Positions 1-12,500 of a stretch of DNA of 64,000 nucleotides are shown here, piece by piece. The stretch is from Escherichia coli (lineage in GTDB: Bacteria; Pseudomonadota; Gammaproteobacteria; Enterobacterales; Enterobacteriaceae). The DNA lies in NCBI RefSeq assembly GCF_003991155.1, contig NZ_CP031293.1; one strand, 5' to 3'. Position numbers and translations under genes: made by a program. A model generated the notes under the pieces. That model saw only the letters and a program-made list of their open reading frames with translations, made no database searches and was not told where the DNA came from. Position 1 is the first letter of the stretch. Every line of letters begins with the position of its first letter.

Positions 1-573
1 TACGACGTGGAAGGCCGCGCCCGTGCCGGTGGTGCCTCCAGCTTCCTCGCGGACCGCGTGGAAGAAGAGGGCGAAGTCCGCGTATTTATCGAACATAACG
101 ACAACTTCCGCCTGCCAGCCAACCCAGAAACCCCGGTGATTATGATTGGCCCAGGCACCGGCATCGCGCCGTTCCGCGCCTTTATGCAGCAGCGCGCCGC
201 TGACGAAGCGCCGGGTAAAAACTGGTTGTTCTTTGGCAACCCGCACTTTACGGAAGATTTCCTCTACCAGGTGGAGTGGCAGCGCTACGTCAAAGAGGGC
301 GTGCTGACGCGTATCGATCTTGCCTGGTCGCGCGATCAAAAAGAAAAAATTTACGTACAAGACAAACTGCGCGAACAGGGCGCAGAGCTGTGGCGCTGGA
401 TCAATGACGGTGCCCACATTTATGTCTGCGGCGACGCTAATCGCATGGCGAAAGACGTTGAGCAGGCACTTCTGGAAGTGATTGCCGAATTTGGTGGCAT
501 GGACACCGAAGCGGCGGATGAATTTTTAAGTGAGCTGCGCGTAGAGCGCCGTTATCAGCGAGATGTCTACTAA
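1..573 (+). CDS. cysJ: sulfite reductase (NADPH) flavoprotein subunit, C-terminal part; 5' end lies upstream of the window
   Basis: Reading frame enters from window edge; C-terminal FAD/NADPH-binding domain sequence; stop overlaps cysI start (ATGA at 573). Confidence 0.9.
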   Translation, partial: YDVEGRARAGGASSFLADRVEEEGEVRVFIEHNDNFRLPANPETPVIMIGPGTGIAPFRAFMQQRAADEAPGKNWLFFGNPHFTEDFLYQVEWQRYVKEGVLTRIDLAWSRDQKEKIYVQDKLREQGAELWRWINDGAHIYVCGDANRMAKDVEQALLEVIAEFGGMDTEAADEFLSELRVERRYQRDVY

Positions 574-2285
574 TGAGCGAAAAACATCCAGGGCCTTTAG
601 TGGTCGAAGGAAAACTGACAGACGCCGAGCGCATGAAGCTTGAAAGCAACTACCTGCGCGGCACCATTGCGGAAGATTTAAACGACGGCCTGACCGGCGG
701 CTTTAAGGGCGATAACTTCCTGCTGATCCGCTTCCACGGCATGTATCAGCAGGATGACCGCGACATCCGCGCCGAACGTGCTGAACAGAAGCTGGAGCCG
801 CGCCACGCGATGCTGTTGCGCTGCCGTCTGCCGGGTGGCGTGATCACCACCAAACAGTGGCAGGCGATAGACAAATTTGCCGGTGAAAACACCATCTATG
901 GCAGCATTCGCCTGACCAACCGCCAGACGTTTCAGTTCCACGGCATTCTGAAAAAGAACGTCAAACCGGTGCACCAGATGCTGCACTCGGTCGGTCTTGA
1001 TGCGCTGGCGACCGCCAACGACATGAACCGTAACGTACTCTGCACCTCGAACCCTTACGAGTCGCAGCTGCACGCGGAAGCCTATGAATGGGCGAAGAAA
1101 ATTTCTGAACATCTGCTGCCTCGTACCCGCGCGTATGCGGAGATCTGGCTCGATCAGGAAAAAGTCGCCACTACTGATGAAGAGCCGATCCTTGGTCAGA
1201 CCTACCTGCCGCGTAAGTTCAAAACCACGGTAGTGATCCCGCCGCAGAACGATATCGATCTGCACGCCAACGACATGAACTTCGTGGCGATCGCCGAAAA
1301 CGGCAAGCTGGTGGGCTTTAACCTGCTGGTGGGCGGTGGGCTTTCCATCGAACATGGCAACAAGAAAACCTACGCCCGCACGGCGAGTGAGTTTGGCTAT
1401 CTGCCGCTGGAGCATACGCTGGCGGTGGCGGAAGCCGTCGTGACAACTCAGCGTGACTGGGGTAACCGAACCGATCGTAAAAATGCCAAAACCAAATACA
1501 CGCTGGAGCGCGTAGGGGTTGAGACGTTTAAAGCGGAAGTGGAGCGTCGCGCGGGGATCAAATTCGAGCCGATTCGCCCGTATGAGTTTACCGGACGTGG
1601 CGATCGTATTGGCTGGGTTAAGGGCATTGATGATAACTGGCACCTGACGCTGTTTATCGAAAATGGTCGCATCCTTGATTATCCGGGGCGTCCGCTGAAA
1701 ACCGGCTTGCTGGAGATCGCGAAGATCCACAAAGGTGATTTCCGCATTACGGCGAACCAGAATCTGATCATCGCCGGCGTGCCGGAAAGCGAGAAAGCGA
1801 AGATCGAGAAGATCGCCAAAGAAAGCGGGTTAATGAATGCCGTCACGCCGCAGCGTGAAAACTCAATGGCCTGCGTGTCATTCCCGACTTGCCCGCTGGC
1901 GATGGCCGAAGCCGAGCGTTTCCTGCCGTCTTTTATCGACAACATCGATAATTTAATGGCGAAACATGGTGTCAGCGATGAGCATATCGTGATGCGTGTA
2001 ACAGGCTGCCCGAACGGTTGTGGTCGCGCGATGCTGGCGGAAGTGGGCCTGGTGGGTAAAGCGCCGGGTCGCTACAACCTGCATCTTGGCGGCAACCGCA
2101 TTGGGACACGTATCCCACGGATGTATAAAGAAAACATCACCGAACCGGAAATCCTGGCGTCGCTTGATGAACTGATAGGGCGCTGGGCGAAAGAGCGCGA
2201 AGCGGGTGAAGGCTTCGGCGACTTTACGGTGCGTGCGGGCATCATTCGCCCGGTGCTCGATCCGGCGCGCGATTTGTGGGATTAA
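573..2285 (+). CDS. cysI: sulfite reductase hemoprotein beta subunit
   Basis: 570-aa ORF; recognised CysI sequence; translationally coupled to cysJ. Confidence 0.95.
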   Translation: MSEKHPGPLVVEGKLTDAERMKLESNYLRGTIAEDLNDGLTGGFKGDNFLLIRFHGMYQQDDRDIRAERAEQKLEPRHAMLLRCRLPGGVITTKQWQAIDKFAGENTIYGSIRLTNRQTFQFHGILKKNVKPVHQMLHSVGLDALATANDMNRNVLCTSNPYESQLHAEAYEWAKKISEHLLPRTRAYAEIWLDQEKVATTDEEPILGQTYLPRKFKTTVVIPPQNDIDLHANDMNFVAIAENGKLVGFNLLVGGGLSIEHGNKKTYARTASEFGYLPLEHTLAVAEAVVTTQRDWGNRTDRKNAKTKYTLERVGVETFKAEVERRAGIKFEPIRPYEFTGRGDRIGWVKGIDDNWHLTLFIENGRILDYPGRPLKTGLLEIAKIHKGDFRITANQNLIIAGVPESEKAKIEKIAKESGLMNAVTPQRENSMACVSFPTCPLAMAEAERFLPSFIDNIDNLMAKHGVSDEHIVMRVTGCPNGCGRAMLAEVGLVGKAPGRYNLHLGGNRIGTRIPRMYKENITEPEILASLDELIGRWAKEREAGEGFGDFTVRAGIIRPVLDPARDLWD

Positions 2286-2301
2286 CCATCAGCCCGGTCT
2301 T

Positions 2302-2337
2302 GTAGGCCTGATAAGACGCGTGAGCGTCGCATCAGGC
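2302..2337. repeat. REP (repetitive extragenic palindrome) element between cysI and cysH
   Basis: gtaggcctgataagacgcg...gcgtcgcatcaggc imperfect palindrome typical of enterobacterial REP. Confidence 0.6.
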
Positions 2338-2358
2338 AAGGCAAACAGTGAGGAATCT

Positions 2359-3093
2359 ATGTCCAAACTCGATCTAAACGCCCTGAACGAACTGCCGAAG
2401 GTAGATCGCATTCTGGCGCTGGCGGAAACTAACGCCGAACTGGAAAAACTGGACGCTGAAGGCCGCGTTGCCTGGGCGCTGGATAATCTGCCTGGTGAAT
2501 ATGTACTTTCTTCCAGCTTTGGCATTCAGGCGGCGGTGAGCCTGCATCTGGTGAATCAGATTCGCCCGGATATTCCAGTGATCCTCACCGATACGGGTTA
2601 CTTGTTCCCGGAAACCTACCGCTTTATTGACGAGTTAACGGACAAACTCAAACTCAACCTGAAAGTGTACCGCGCTACCGAAAGCGCCGCCTGGCAGGAA
2701 GCACGTTACGGAAAACTATGGGAGCAGGGCGTTGAAGGCATTGAAAAGTACAATGACATCAACAAAGTCGAACCGATGAACCGGGCGCTGAAAGAACTAA
2801 ACGCGCAAACGTGGTTTGCTGGCCTGCGCCGTGAACAATCCGGCAGCCGCGCCAATTTACCGGTGCTGGCAATTCAGCGTGGCGTATTTAAAGTGCTGCC
2901 GATTATCGACTGGAATAACCGAACGATATATCAGTACCTGCAAAAACATGGCCTGAAATATCACCCATTATGGGACGAAGGATATTTATCGGTCGGTGAT
3001 ACCCATACAACCCGTAAATGGGAACCCGGCATGGCGGAAGAAGAAACGCGTTTCTTTGGCTTGAAAAGGGAATGTGGATTACACGAAGGGTAA
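2359..3093 (+). CDS. cysH: phosphoadenosine phosphosulfate (PAPS) reductase
   Basis: 244-aa ORF starting [14 protein letters not shown]; longer ORF-track start at 2206 rejected in favour of ATG at 2359, which matches the recalled CysH N-terminus and lies just downstream of the REP element. Confidence 0.93.
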   Translation: MSKLDLNALNELPKVDRILALAETNAELEKLDAEGRVAWALDNLPGEYVLSSSFGIQAAVSLHLVNQIRPDIPVILTDTGYLFPETYRFIDELTDKLKLNLKVYRATESAAWQEARYGKLWEQGVEGIEKYNDINKVEPMNRALKELNAQTWFAGLRREQSGSRANLPVLAIQRGVFKVLPIIDWNNRTIYQYLQKHGLKYHPLWDEGYLSVGDTHTTRKWEPGMAEEETRFFGLKRECGLHEG

Positions 3094-3112
3094 ATATTGC
3101 TGCTTAAATTAA

Positions 3113-3149
3113 ACGCCTCTGTCTGAAAAGATGGGGGCGTTTTTATTTT
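3113..3149 (+). terminator. putative Rho-independent terminator after cysH
   Basis: GC-rich imperfect hairpin (acgcctc...gggggcgt) followed by TTTTTATTTT. Confidence 0.45.
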
Positions 3150-3357
3150 GCGAGCAGGATTCCTGATTTTAAACGTGAACGCCGCAGGAAGAATCAACAG
3201 GCATAGAATGGCGTTGGGTGCTTGAGGCTGTCTGGCGTTAAGCATTCGCGAGGTTCCAGATGGACAAAAGCCCCAGGCGATATTTCTATCAACCTGAGGC
3301 CAGCGTTCGAACCTAAGCAATTCGGATGTTAGTCTCTTCTTTGCAGGGAGGCAAGAC

Positions 3358-3510
3358 ATGCTGACAAAATATGCCCTTGTGGCAATCATCGTACTGTGTT
3401 GTACAGTACTGGGATTCACGTTGATGGTAGGCGACTCGTTGTGTGAGTTGAGTATCAGAGAACGTGGTATGGAGTTTAAGGCAGTTCTCGCTTACGAATC
3501 GAAGAAGTAG
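3358..3510 (+). CDS. Hok/Gef-family type I toxin (50 aa, small membrane peptide)
   Basis: ORF below the 60-aa track cutoff, translated by hand: [50 protein letters not shown]; hydrophobic N-terminal helix plus SLCE and AYES motifs shared with Hok/Gef/RelF; GGGAGG Shine-Dalgarno 7 nt upstream. Confidence 0.8.
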   Translation: MLTKYALVAIIVLCCTVLGFTLMVGDSLCELSIRERGMEFKAVLAYESKK

Positions 3511-3515
3511 CCACC

Positions 3516-3575
3516 ACGCGGGGTAAAACCCCGCGTACTGAATTGTGATTGTTTGGCCTCCTGCACCCCTTTTTT
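3516..3575 (+). terminator. hok 3' structure: perfect 9-bp stem-loop, fold-back element complementary to transcript 5' region, then T-tract
   Basis: ACGCGGGGU/ACCCCGCGU stem at 3516-3536; GCCUCCUGCACCC (3557-3569) can pair 11/13 with GGGUGCUUGAGGC at 3216-3228; TTTTTT at 3570-3575. Confidence 0.55.
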
Positions 3576-3635
3576 ATACTCTGTTTCTGGTGGCATTGAT
3601 TTCCTGCAGGCAAGGGAGTAATCATTTCAAACCCA

Positions 3636-4673
3636 TTAAGATGCCTTCGCCAGCTCCTTCACCAACGGTAGCATTATCCGCATAACATCACGGCAGCGAC
3701 GTTCTATTCTTCCTGGAAGTGCCTTATCAATATGCTGTTGATTATCCAGTCTTACGTCATGCCAGCTATTTCCTGCAGGGAATGCGGCTGTTTTTGCGCG
3801 TTGCTGATAACCATCCTTATTCCCAAGATTCCAGTTTGTCGCTTCCACCGAAAGTACAGCAATGCCCGCTTTGTCGAATATTTCTGCGTCATTACAACAC
3901 CCAGTGCCTTTCGGATAGTTTTTATTCAAACCTGGATTTGTGGTGGCGGCAATTCCATGACTGCGGGCAATTGCCAGCGCCCGGTCGCGCGTTAATTTCC
4001 TTACTGCTTCAGGTGTTTTTACGCCACTGTTGAAATACAGCTTATCGCCAACAATCAGATTATCGAGATTAATCACCAATAAAGTATTTTTCTTTTCGGT
4101 ATCACTCATGCGCTTGAGTAAATTCTCAGCGCCTAATTTCCCTTCTTCTTCACCACTGGTTGCCACAAAACGAATGCCATATTCGGTTGGCGTATTTTTC
4201 AGGCGTTCAGCCAGCTCCAGCATGACACCTAAACCTGCGGCGTTATCATCCATTCCTTGTAACGTCAGCCCGCCGAGATTGGCATCGGCGTCAGCATCGC
4301 TCAGCGGGGCGTAAGTATCCAGATGCGCCATAATGATGATCTGCTGCGGCGCTTTGCCTTCATGAGCGGCAATCACCGTACTTCCCGTCACGTTATGCCA
4401 GCTCTTGCGATTATCGCGGGCGGTATAAATATACCGACTATTAAATGTCCGAATATCACTGCGATAACCCATTTGCTGAAACTGTTGGCGAATATAATCG
4501 GCAGATAACATTTCTGCAGGAGTTCCGGTCATGCGTCCCGGAAAGAAAGTAGCAATATGTCGTGCCTGGGTATTAGCAAAATCGCCAGGTTTAGGTGACG
4601 AGGCGTGTACGGGGAGAATAAAGCATACGCCGAGCGCCAGGGCAGCGGTACGGTGGCGCAATGCGGAAAACAT
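3636..4673 (-). CDS. iap: alkaline phosphatase isozyme conversion aminopeptidase
   Basis: 345-aa ORF with signal peptide and M28-type peptidase features; convergent with hok. Confidence 0.9.
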   Translation of the reverse strand: MFSALRHRTAALALGVCFILPVHASSPKPGDFANTQARHIATFFPGRMTGTPAEMLSADYIRQQFQQMGYRSDIRTFNSRYIYTARDNRKSWHNVTGSTVIAAHEGKAPQQIIIMAHLDTYAPLSDADADANLGGLTLQGMDDNAAGLGVMLELAERLKNTPTEYGIRFVATSGEEEGKLGAENLLKRMSDTEKKNTLLVINLDNLIVGDKLYFNSGVKTPEAVRKLTRDRALAIARSHGIAATTNPGLNKNYPKGTGCCNDAEIFDKAGIAVLSVEATNWNLGNKDGYQQRAKTAAFPAGNSWHDVRLDNQQHIDKALPGRIERRCRDVMRIMLPLVKELAKAS

Positions 4674-4924
4674 AGTGAGTCCTTAAATACCATGCAAATT
4701 TTTTTACCGCCATAGTATGAAACTGCCGCTGCGCTAAAACAATTTCAAATCTTCCTAAACGCCCGAAATCCGGTGCCTTAAGCACTTTTTGATATTAGCT
4801 TTGCCAAATCGTTATTCCGTTAAGGAACTACTCATTCTAATTGGTAATTTCATTCGTTCTCTTACGCTCCCTATAGTCGAAACATCTGATGGCAAGAAAA
4901 TAGCGGTATTGCAAAGGAACGGTT

Positions 4925-5833
4925 ATGGATCAAAAACGACTTACCCACCTGCGGCAACTGGAGGCGGAAAGCATCCACATTATTCGCGAGGTGGCTGCAG
5001 AATTCTCAAATCCGGTGATGCTCTACTCTATCGGTAAAGATTCCAGCGTCATGCTGCATCTGGCGCGCAAGGCGTTTTATCCAGGTACGCTGCCTTTCCC
5101 GTTGCTGCATGTCGATACCGGCTGGAAATTCCGCGAGATGTATGAGTTCCGCGATCGTACGGCGAAAGCCTACGGCTGCGAGCTGCTGGTGCATAAAAAC
5201 CCGGAAGGCGTGGCGATGGGGATTAATCCATTCGTACACGGCAGCGCGAAACATACCGATATTATGAAAACTGAAGGCCTGAAACAGGCGCTGAACAAAT
5301 ACGGTTTTGATGCCGCCTTCGGTGGTGCGCGCCGTGACGAAGAGAAATCCCGCGCTAAAGAGCGAATCTACTCTTTCCGTGACCGCTTCCATCGCTGGGA
5401 TCCGAAAAATCAGCGCCCGGAGCTGTGGCACAACTACAACGGGCAAATTAACAAAGGCGAAAGCATCCGCGTCTTCCCGCTCTCTAACTGGACCGAGCAG
5501 GATATCTGGCAATACATCTGGCTGGAAAATATCGACATTGTGCCGCTGTATCTCGCTGCGGAACGTCCGGTTCTGGAACGCGACGGTATGTTGATGATGA
5601 TTGATGACAACCGTATCGACCTGCAACCGGGCGAAGTGATTAAAAAACGGATGGTGCGTTTCCGTACGCTGGGCTGCTGGCCGCTGACCGGTGCGGTGGA
5701 GTCAAATGCACAAACACTGCCGGAGATCATCGAAGAGATGCTGGTTTCCACCACCAGTGAACGTCAGGGCCGCGTGATTGACCGCGACCAGGCGGGGTCT
5801 ATGGAGCTGAAAAAACGTCAGGGGTATTTTTAA
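4925..5833 (+). CDS. cysD: sulfate adenylyltransferase subunit 2
   Basis: 302-aa ORF; PAPS-reductase-like fold protein; first gene of cysDNC. Confidence 0.95.
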   Translation: MDQKRLTHLRQLEAESIHIIREVAAEFSNPVMLYSIGKDSSVMLHLARKAFYPGTLPFPLLHVDTGWKFREMYEFRDRTAKAYGCELLVHKNPEGVAMGINPFVHGSAKHTDIMKTEGLKQALNKYGFDAAFGGARRDEEKSRAKERIYSFRDRFHRWDPKNQRPELWHNYNGQINKGESIRVFPLSNWTEQDIWQYIWLENIDIVPLYLAAERPVLERDGMLMMIDDNRIDLQPGEVIKKRMVRFRTLGCWPLTGAVESNAQTLPEIIEEMLVSTTSERQGRVIDRDQAGSMELKKRQGYF

Positions 5834-5834
5834 G

Positions 5835-7262
5835 ATGAACACCGCACTTGCACAACAAATCGCCAATGAAGGCGGCGTCGAAGCCTGGATGATTGCGCAA
5901 CAACATAAAAGCCTGCTGCGTTTTCTGACCTGTGGTAGCGTCGATGACGGCAAAAGTACCCTGATTGGTCGCCTGCTGCACGATACCCGCCAAATCTACG
6001 AAGATCAGCTCTCATCGCTGCATAACGACAGTAAGCGTCACGGCACCCAGGGCGAAAAGCTGGATCTGGCGCTTCTGGTGGATGGTCTGCAAGCCGAGCG
6101 TGAACAGGGCATTACTATTGATGTGGCCTACCGCTATTTCTCTACCGAGAAGCGTAAATTTATTATCGCCGACACACCTGGGCACGAGCAGTACACCCGC
6201 AATATGGCGACCGGCGCATCGACATGCGAACTGGCGATCTTACTGATCGACGCCCGTAAAGGCGTGCTCGATCAAACCCGTCGTCACAGTTTTATCTCCA
6301 CACTGTTGGGGATCAAACATCTGGTCGTGGCGATCAACAAAATGGATCTGGTGGATTACAGTGAAGAGACGTTCACCCGTATTCGTGAAGATTATCTGAC
6401 TTTTGCCGGGCAGCTGCCGGGTAATCTGGATATCCGCTTTGTGCCGCTCTCTGCACTGGAAGGCGACAACGTGGCTTCGCAAAGTGAAAGTATGCCGTGG
6501 TACAGCGGTCCGACACTGCTCGAAGTGCTGGAAACCGTGGAGATCCAGCGAGTGGTGGATGCCCAGCCAATGCGCTTCCCGGTGCAGTACGTTAATCGCC
6601 CGAATCTCGATTTTCGTGGCTACGCCGGAACGCTGGCATCCGGTCGCGTGGAAGTCGGGCAACGTGTCAAAGTGCTGCCCTCTGGTGTGGAATCAAACGT
6701 CGCGCGGATCGTGACCTTTGATGGCGATCGCGAAGAAGCCTTTGCCGGAGAAGCGATCACCCTGGTGCTGACGGATGAAATCGACATTAGCCGTGGCGAT
6801 CTGCTGCTGGCGGCAGACGAAGCGTTACCGGCTGTGCAGAGCGCGTCGGTGGATGTGGTATGGATGGCGGAACAGCCGCTTTCCCCGGGCCAGAGTTATG
6901 ACATCAAAATTGCCGGTAAGAAGACGCGTGCTCGTGTTGATGGCATTCGTTATCAGGTTGATATTAATAACCTTACCCAACGCGAGGTTGAAAACCTGCC
7001 GCTGAACGGCATCGGCCTGGTGGATCTCACTTTTGACGAGCCACTGGTGTTAGATCGTTATCAGCAAAATCCGGTGACCGGTGGGCTGATTTTTATCGAT
7101 CGCCTGAGCAATGTGACCGTGGGTGCCGGTATGGTGCACGAGCCAGTTAGCCAGGCAACTGCTGCGCCATCTCAATTCAGTGTATTCGAACTTGAATTGA
7201 ATGCTCTGGTTCGCCGCCACTTTCCGCACTGGGGCGCGCGCGATTTGCTGGGAGATAAATAA
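5835..7262 (+). CDS. cysN: sulfate adenylyltransferase subunit 1 (GTPase)
   Basis: 475-aa ORF with GTP-binding motifs ([18 protein letters not shown]). Confidence 0.95.
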
Positions 7263-7867
7263 TGGCGCTGCATGACGAAAACGTCGTCTGGCATAGCCAT
7301 CCAGTCACTGTGCAACAACGCGAGCTACACCACGGTCATCGTGGTGTAGTGCTGTGGTTTACCGGCCTCTCCGGGTCCGGTAAATCAACGGTCGCCGGGG
7401 CGCTGGAGGAGGCGTTACATAAACTCGGCGTCAGTACGTATCTGCTGGATGGCGACAATGTTCGCCACGGATTATGCAGCGATCTCGGTTTTAGCGATGC
7501 CGATCGTAAAGAGAATATCCGTCGCGTCGGTGAAGTGGCGAATTTGATGGTTGAAGCCGGACTGGTGGTGCTGACCGCATTTATCTCGCCACACCGCGCC
7601 GAACGCCAGATGGTTCGTGAACGCGTAGGAGAAGGGCGCTTTATCGAAGTGTTTGTCGATACACCGCTGGCGATTTGCGAAGCCCGCGATCCAAAAGGCT
7701 TATATAAGAAAGCGCGTGCCGGTGAACTGCGTAACTTTACGGGAATAGATTCTGTTTACGAAGCGCCTGAATCGGCAGAAATTCATCTCAATGGTGAACA
7801 ATTAGTAACAAATTTGGTACAGCAATTATTAGATCTGTTGAGACAGAACGATATTATCAGATCCTGA
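7262..7867 (+). CDS. cysC: adenylylsulfate (APS) kinase
   Basis: 201-aa ORF; P-loop GLSGSGKST; start overlaps cysN stop. Confidence 0.95.
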
Positions 7868-7916
7868 GACACCACCGGGTTTCCATGCCCGGTTCGTCAA
7901 AGTAACAGGATCAAAT

Positions 7917-8240
7917 ATGCGTAATAGCCATAACATTACACTAACAAATAACGACAGCCTTACTGAGGATGAAGAAACCACATGGTCACTGCCTGGTGCC
8001 GTGGTCGGTTTTATCTCCTGGTTATTTGCGCTGGCGATGCCGATGTTGATTTATGGCTCTAACACGCTGTTCTTCTTTATCTACACCTGGCCTTTCTTTC
8101 TGGCACTGATGCCTGTCGCGGTAGTGGTGGGGATTGCGCTGCATTCATTGATGGACGGAAAGCTACGCTACAGTATTGTTTTCACCCTGATGACAGTAGG
8201 CATTATGTTTGGCGCACTGTTTATGTGGCTACTGGGCTAA
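7917..8240 (+). CDS. ygbE: inner membrane protein YgbE
   Basis: 107-aa hydrophobic ORF in conserved position after cysC. Confidence 0.8.
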   Translation: MRNSHNITLTNNDSLTEDEETTWSLPGAVVGFISWLFALAMPMLIYGSNTLFFFIYTWPFFLALMPVAVVVGIALHSLMDGKLRYSIVFTLMTVGIMFGALFMWLLG

Positions 8241-8433
8241 TTTGTACTTTCTTGTCTCCTCTGTTCATAATTCAAACCGTAACTAATAATGAGATTATGT
8301 TCTGCACGCCCTGGGTATACGTAACAATGGACAAATGTGGTACATTTGCCCGCGTTGTCGCGGTATCCCCAACAGAGGATGTAGAGTCGTCTTCGGATGC
8401 ATGGGATGATGATGCCGTTTTTCAGGGGGCAGG

Positions 8434-8745
8434 ATGGGTAAACTAACGCTGCTGTTGCTGGCTATTCTGGTCTGGCTACAGTATTCGCTGTGGTTCGGTA
8501 AGAACGGTATACATGACTATACCCGCGTCAATGATGATGTGGCGGCACAGCAAGCTACAAACGCGAAACTTAAAGCGCGAAACGATCAACTTTTTGCCGA
8601 AATTGACGATCTCAATGGCGGCCAGGAGGCGCTCGAAGAGCGTGCGCGTAATGAACTCAGCATGACCAGGCCGGGCGAAACTTTTTATCGTCTGGTGCCT
8701 GACGCGTCGAAGCGCGCACAGTCTGCGGGGCAAAACAATCGATAA
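8434..8745 (+). CDS. ftsB: cell division protein FtsB
   Basis: 103-aa ORF with N-terminal TM helix and coiled coil. Confidence 0.9.
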
Positions 8746-8763
8746 ATCAGCCCAGGAATTAAC

Positions 8764-9474
8764 ATGGCAACCACTCATTTGGATGTTTGCGCCGTGGTTC
8801 CGGCGGCCGGATTTGGCCGTCGAATGCAAACGGAATGTCCTAAGCAATATCTCTCAATCGGTAATCAAACCATTCTTGAACACTCGGTGCATGCGCTGCT
8901 GGCGCATCCCCGGGTGACACGTGTCGTCATTGCCATAAGTCCTGGCGATAGCCGTTTTGCAAAACTTCCTCTGGCGAATCATCCGCAAATCACCGTTGTA
9001 GATGGCGGTGATGAGCGTGCCGATTCCGTGCTGGCAGGTTTGAAAGCCGCTGGCGACGCGCAGTGGGTATTGGTGCATGATGCCGCTCGTCCTTGTCTGC
9101 ATCAGGATGACCTCGCGCGATTGTTGGCGTTGAGCGAAACCAGCCGCACGGGAGGGATCCTCGCCGCACCAGTGCGCGATACGATGAAACGTGCCGAACC
9201 GGGCAAAAATGCCATTGCTCATACCGTTGATCGCAACGGCTTATGGCACGCGCTGACGCCGCAATTTTTCCCTCGTGAGCTGTTACATGACTGTCTGACG
9301 CGCGCTCTAAATGAAGGCGCGACTATTACTGACGAAGCCTCGGCGCTGGAATATTGCGGATTTCATCCGCAGTTGGTCGAAGGCCGCGCGGATAACATTA
9401 AAGTCACGCGCCCGGAGGATTTGGCGCTGGCCGAATTTTACCTCACCCGAACCATCCATCAGGAGAATACATAA
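8764..9474 (+). CDS. ispD: 2-C-methyl-D-erythritol 4-phosphate cytidylyltransferase
   Basis: 236-aa ORF; recognised IspD sequence. Confidence 0.95.
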
Positions 9475-9953
9475 TGCGAATTGGACACGGTTTTGACGTA
9501 CACGCCTTTGGCGGTGAAGGCCCAATTATCATTGGTGGCGTGCGCATTCCTTACGAAAAAGGGCTGCTGGCGCATTCTGATGGCGACGTGGCGCTCCATG
9601 CGTTGACCGATGCATTGCTTGGCGCGGCGGCGCTGGGGGATATCGGCAAACTGTTCCCGGATACCGATCCGGCATTTAAAGGTGCCGACAGCCGCGAGCT
9701 GTTGCGCGAAGCCTGGCGTCGTATTCAGGCGAAAGGTTATGCCCTCGGCAACGTCGATGTCACTATCATCGCTCAGGCACCGAAGATGTTGCCGCACATT
9801 CCACAAATGCGCGTGTTTATTGCCGAAGATCTCGGCTGCCATATGGATGATGTTAACGTGAAAGCCACTACTACGGAAAAACTGGGATTTACCGGACGTG
9901 GGGAAGGGATTGCCTGTGAAGCGGTGGCGCTACTCATTAAGGCAACGAAATGA
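9474..9953 (+). CDS. ispF: 2-C-methyl-D-erythritol 2,4-cyclodiphosphate synthase
   Basis: 159-aa ORF; starts [12 protein letters not shown]. Confidence 0.95.
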
Positions 9954-10979
9954 TTGAGTTCGATAATCTCACTTACCTCCACGGCAAACCGCAAGGCACC
10001 GGGCTGCTGAAAGCGAATCCGGAAGACTTTGTGGTGGTGGAAGATTTGGGCTTTGAGCCTGATGGTGAAGGTGAGCATATTCTGGTTAGAATCCTCAAAA
10101 ACGGCTGCAATACCCGTTTTGTGGCGGATGCACTGGCGAAATTCCTGAAAATTCATGCCCGTGAAGTCAGCTTCGCTGGGCAAAAAGATAAACATGCTGT
10201 TACGGAACAGTGGTTTTGTGCACGAGTGCCAGGTAAAGAGATGCCGGACCTCAGTGCTTTTCAACTGGAAGGTTGTCAGGTGCTGGAGTATGCGCGACAC
10301 AAGCGTAAGTTGCGTTTAGGTGCACTAAAAGGTAATGCTTTCACTCTGGTGCTGCGCGATGTAAGCAACCGTGACGATGTTGAACAACGTCTCATCGATA
10401 TTTGCGTAAAAGGCGTGCCTAATTATTTTGGTGCTCAGCGTTTTGGTATTGGCGGTAGCAACTTGCAGGGTGCGCTGCGCTGGGCGCAAACCAATACTCC
10501 GGTGCGCGATCGCAATAAACGGAGTTTTTGGTTGTCGGCAGCCCGCAGTGCGTTGTTTAATCAGATTGTTGCTGAGCGCCTCAAAAAAGCAGACGTTAAT
10601 CAAGTTGTTGACGGCGATGCGCTACAATTAGCCGGACGTGGTAGCTGGTTTGTTGCAACCACCGAAGAACTGGCGGAATTACAGCGTCGCGTCAACGATA
10701 AAGAGCTAATGATAACCGCCGCATTGCCGGGCAGTGGCGAATGGGGAACTCAGTGTGAAGCGCTGGCATTCGAACAAGCAGCTGTCGCCGCAGAAACTGA
10801 ATTACAAGCCTTACTGGTGCGCGAAAAAGTTGAAGCCGCGCGCAGAGCGATGCTGCTGTATCCGCAACAATTAAGCTGGAACTGGTGGGATGACGTCACC
10901 GTAGAAATCCGTTTCTGGCTTCCGGCGGGAAGTTTTGCAACCAGCGTTGTCAGGGAACTTATCAACACAACAGGTGATT

Positions 10980-10999
<20 letters not shown>
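9950..10999 (+). CDS. truD: tRNA pseudouridine(13) synthase
   Basis: 349-aa ORF overlapping ispF stop. Confidence 0.9.
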
Positions 11000-12361
<1,362 letters not shown>

Positions 12362-12500
12362 AACGTGAGGAAATACCTGGATTTTTCCTGGTTATTTTGC
12401 CGCAGGTCAGCGTATCGTGAACATCTTTTCCAGTGTTCAGTATGGTGCCTTGCACGGTAATTATGTCACTGGTTATTAACCAATTTTTCCTGGGGGATAA

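Noticed and set aside
678-1730. 350-aa minus-strand ORF
   Set aside because: Antisense to cysI; shadow ORF
3094-3635. Possible CRISPR array or leader next to iap
   Set aside because: Looked for regularly spaced ~29-bp direct repeats resembling the E. coli type I-E repeat; none present. The only palindromes are the hok 3' hairpin and terminator-like structures
8225-8446. 73-aa ORF in the ygbE-ftsB spacer
   Set aside because: Overlaps the ygbE 3' end and ftsB start, no Shine-Dalgarno, no recognisable features; likely non-coding promoter region of ftsB
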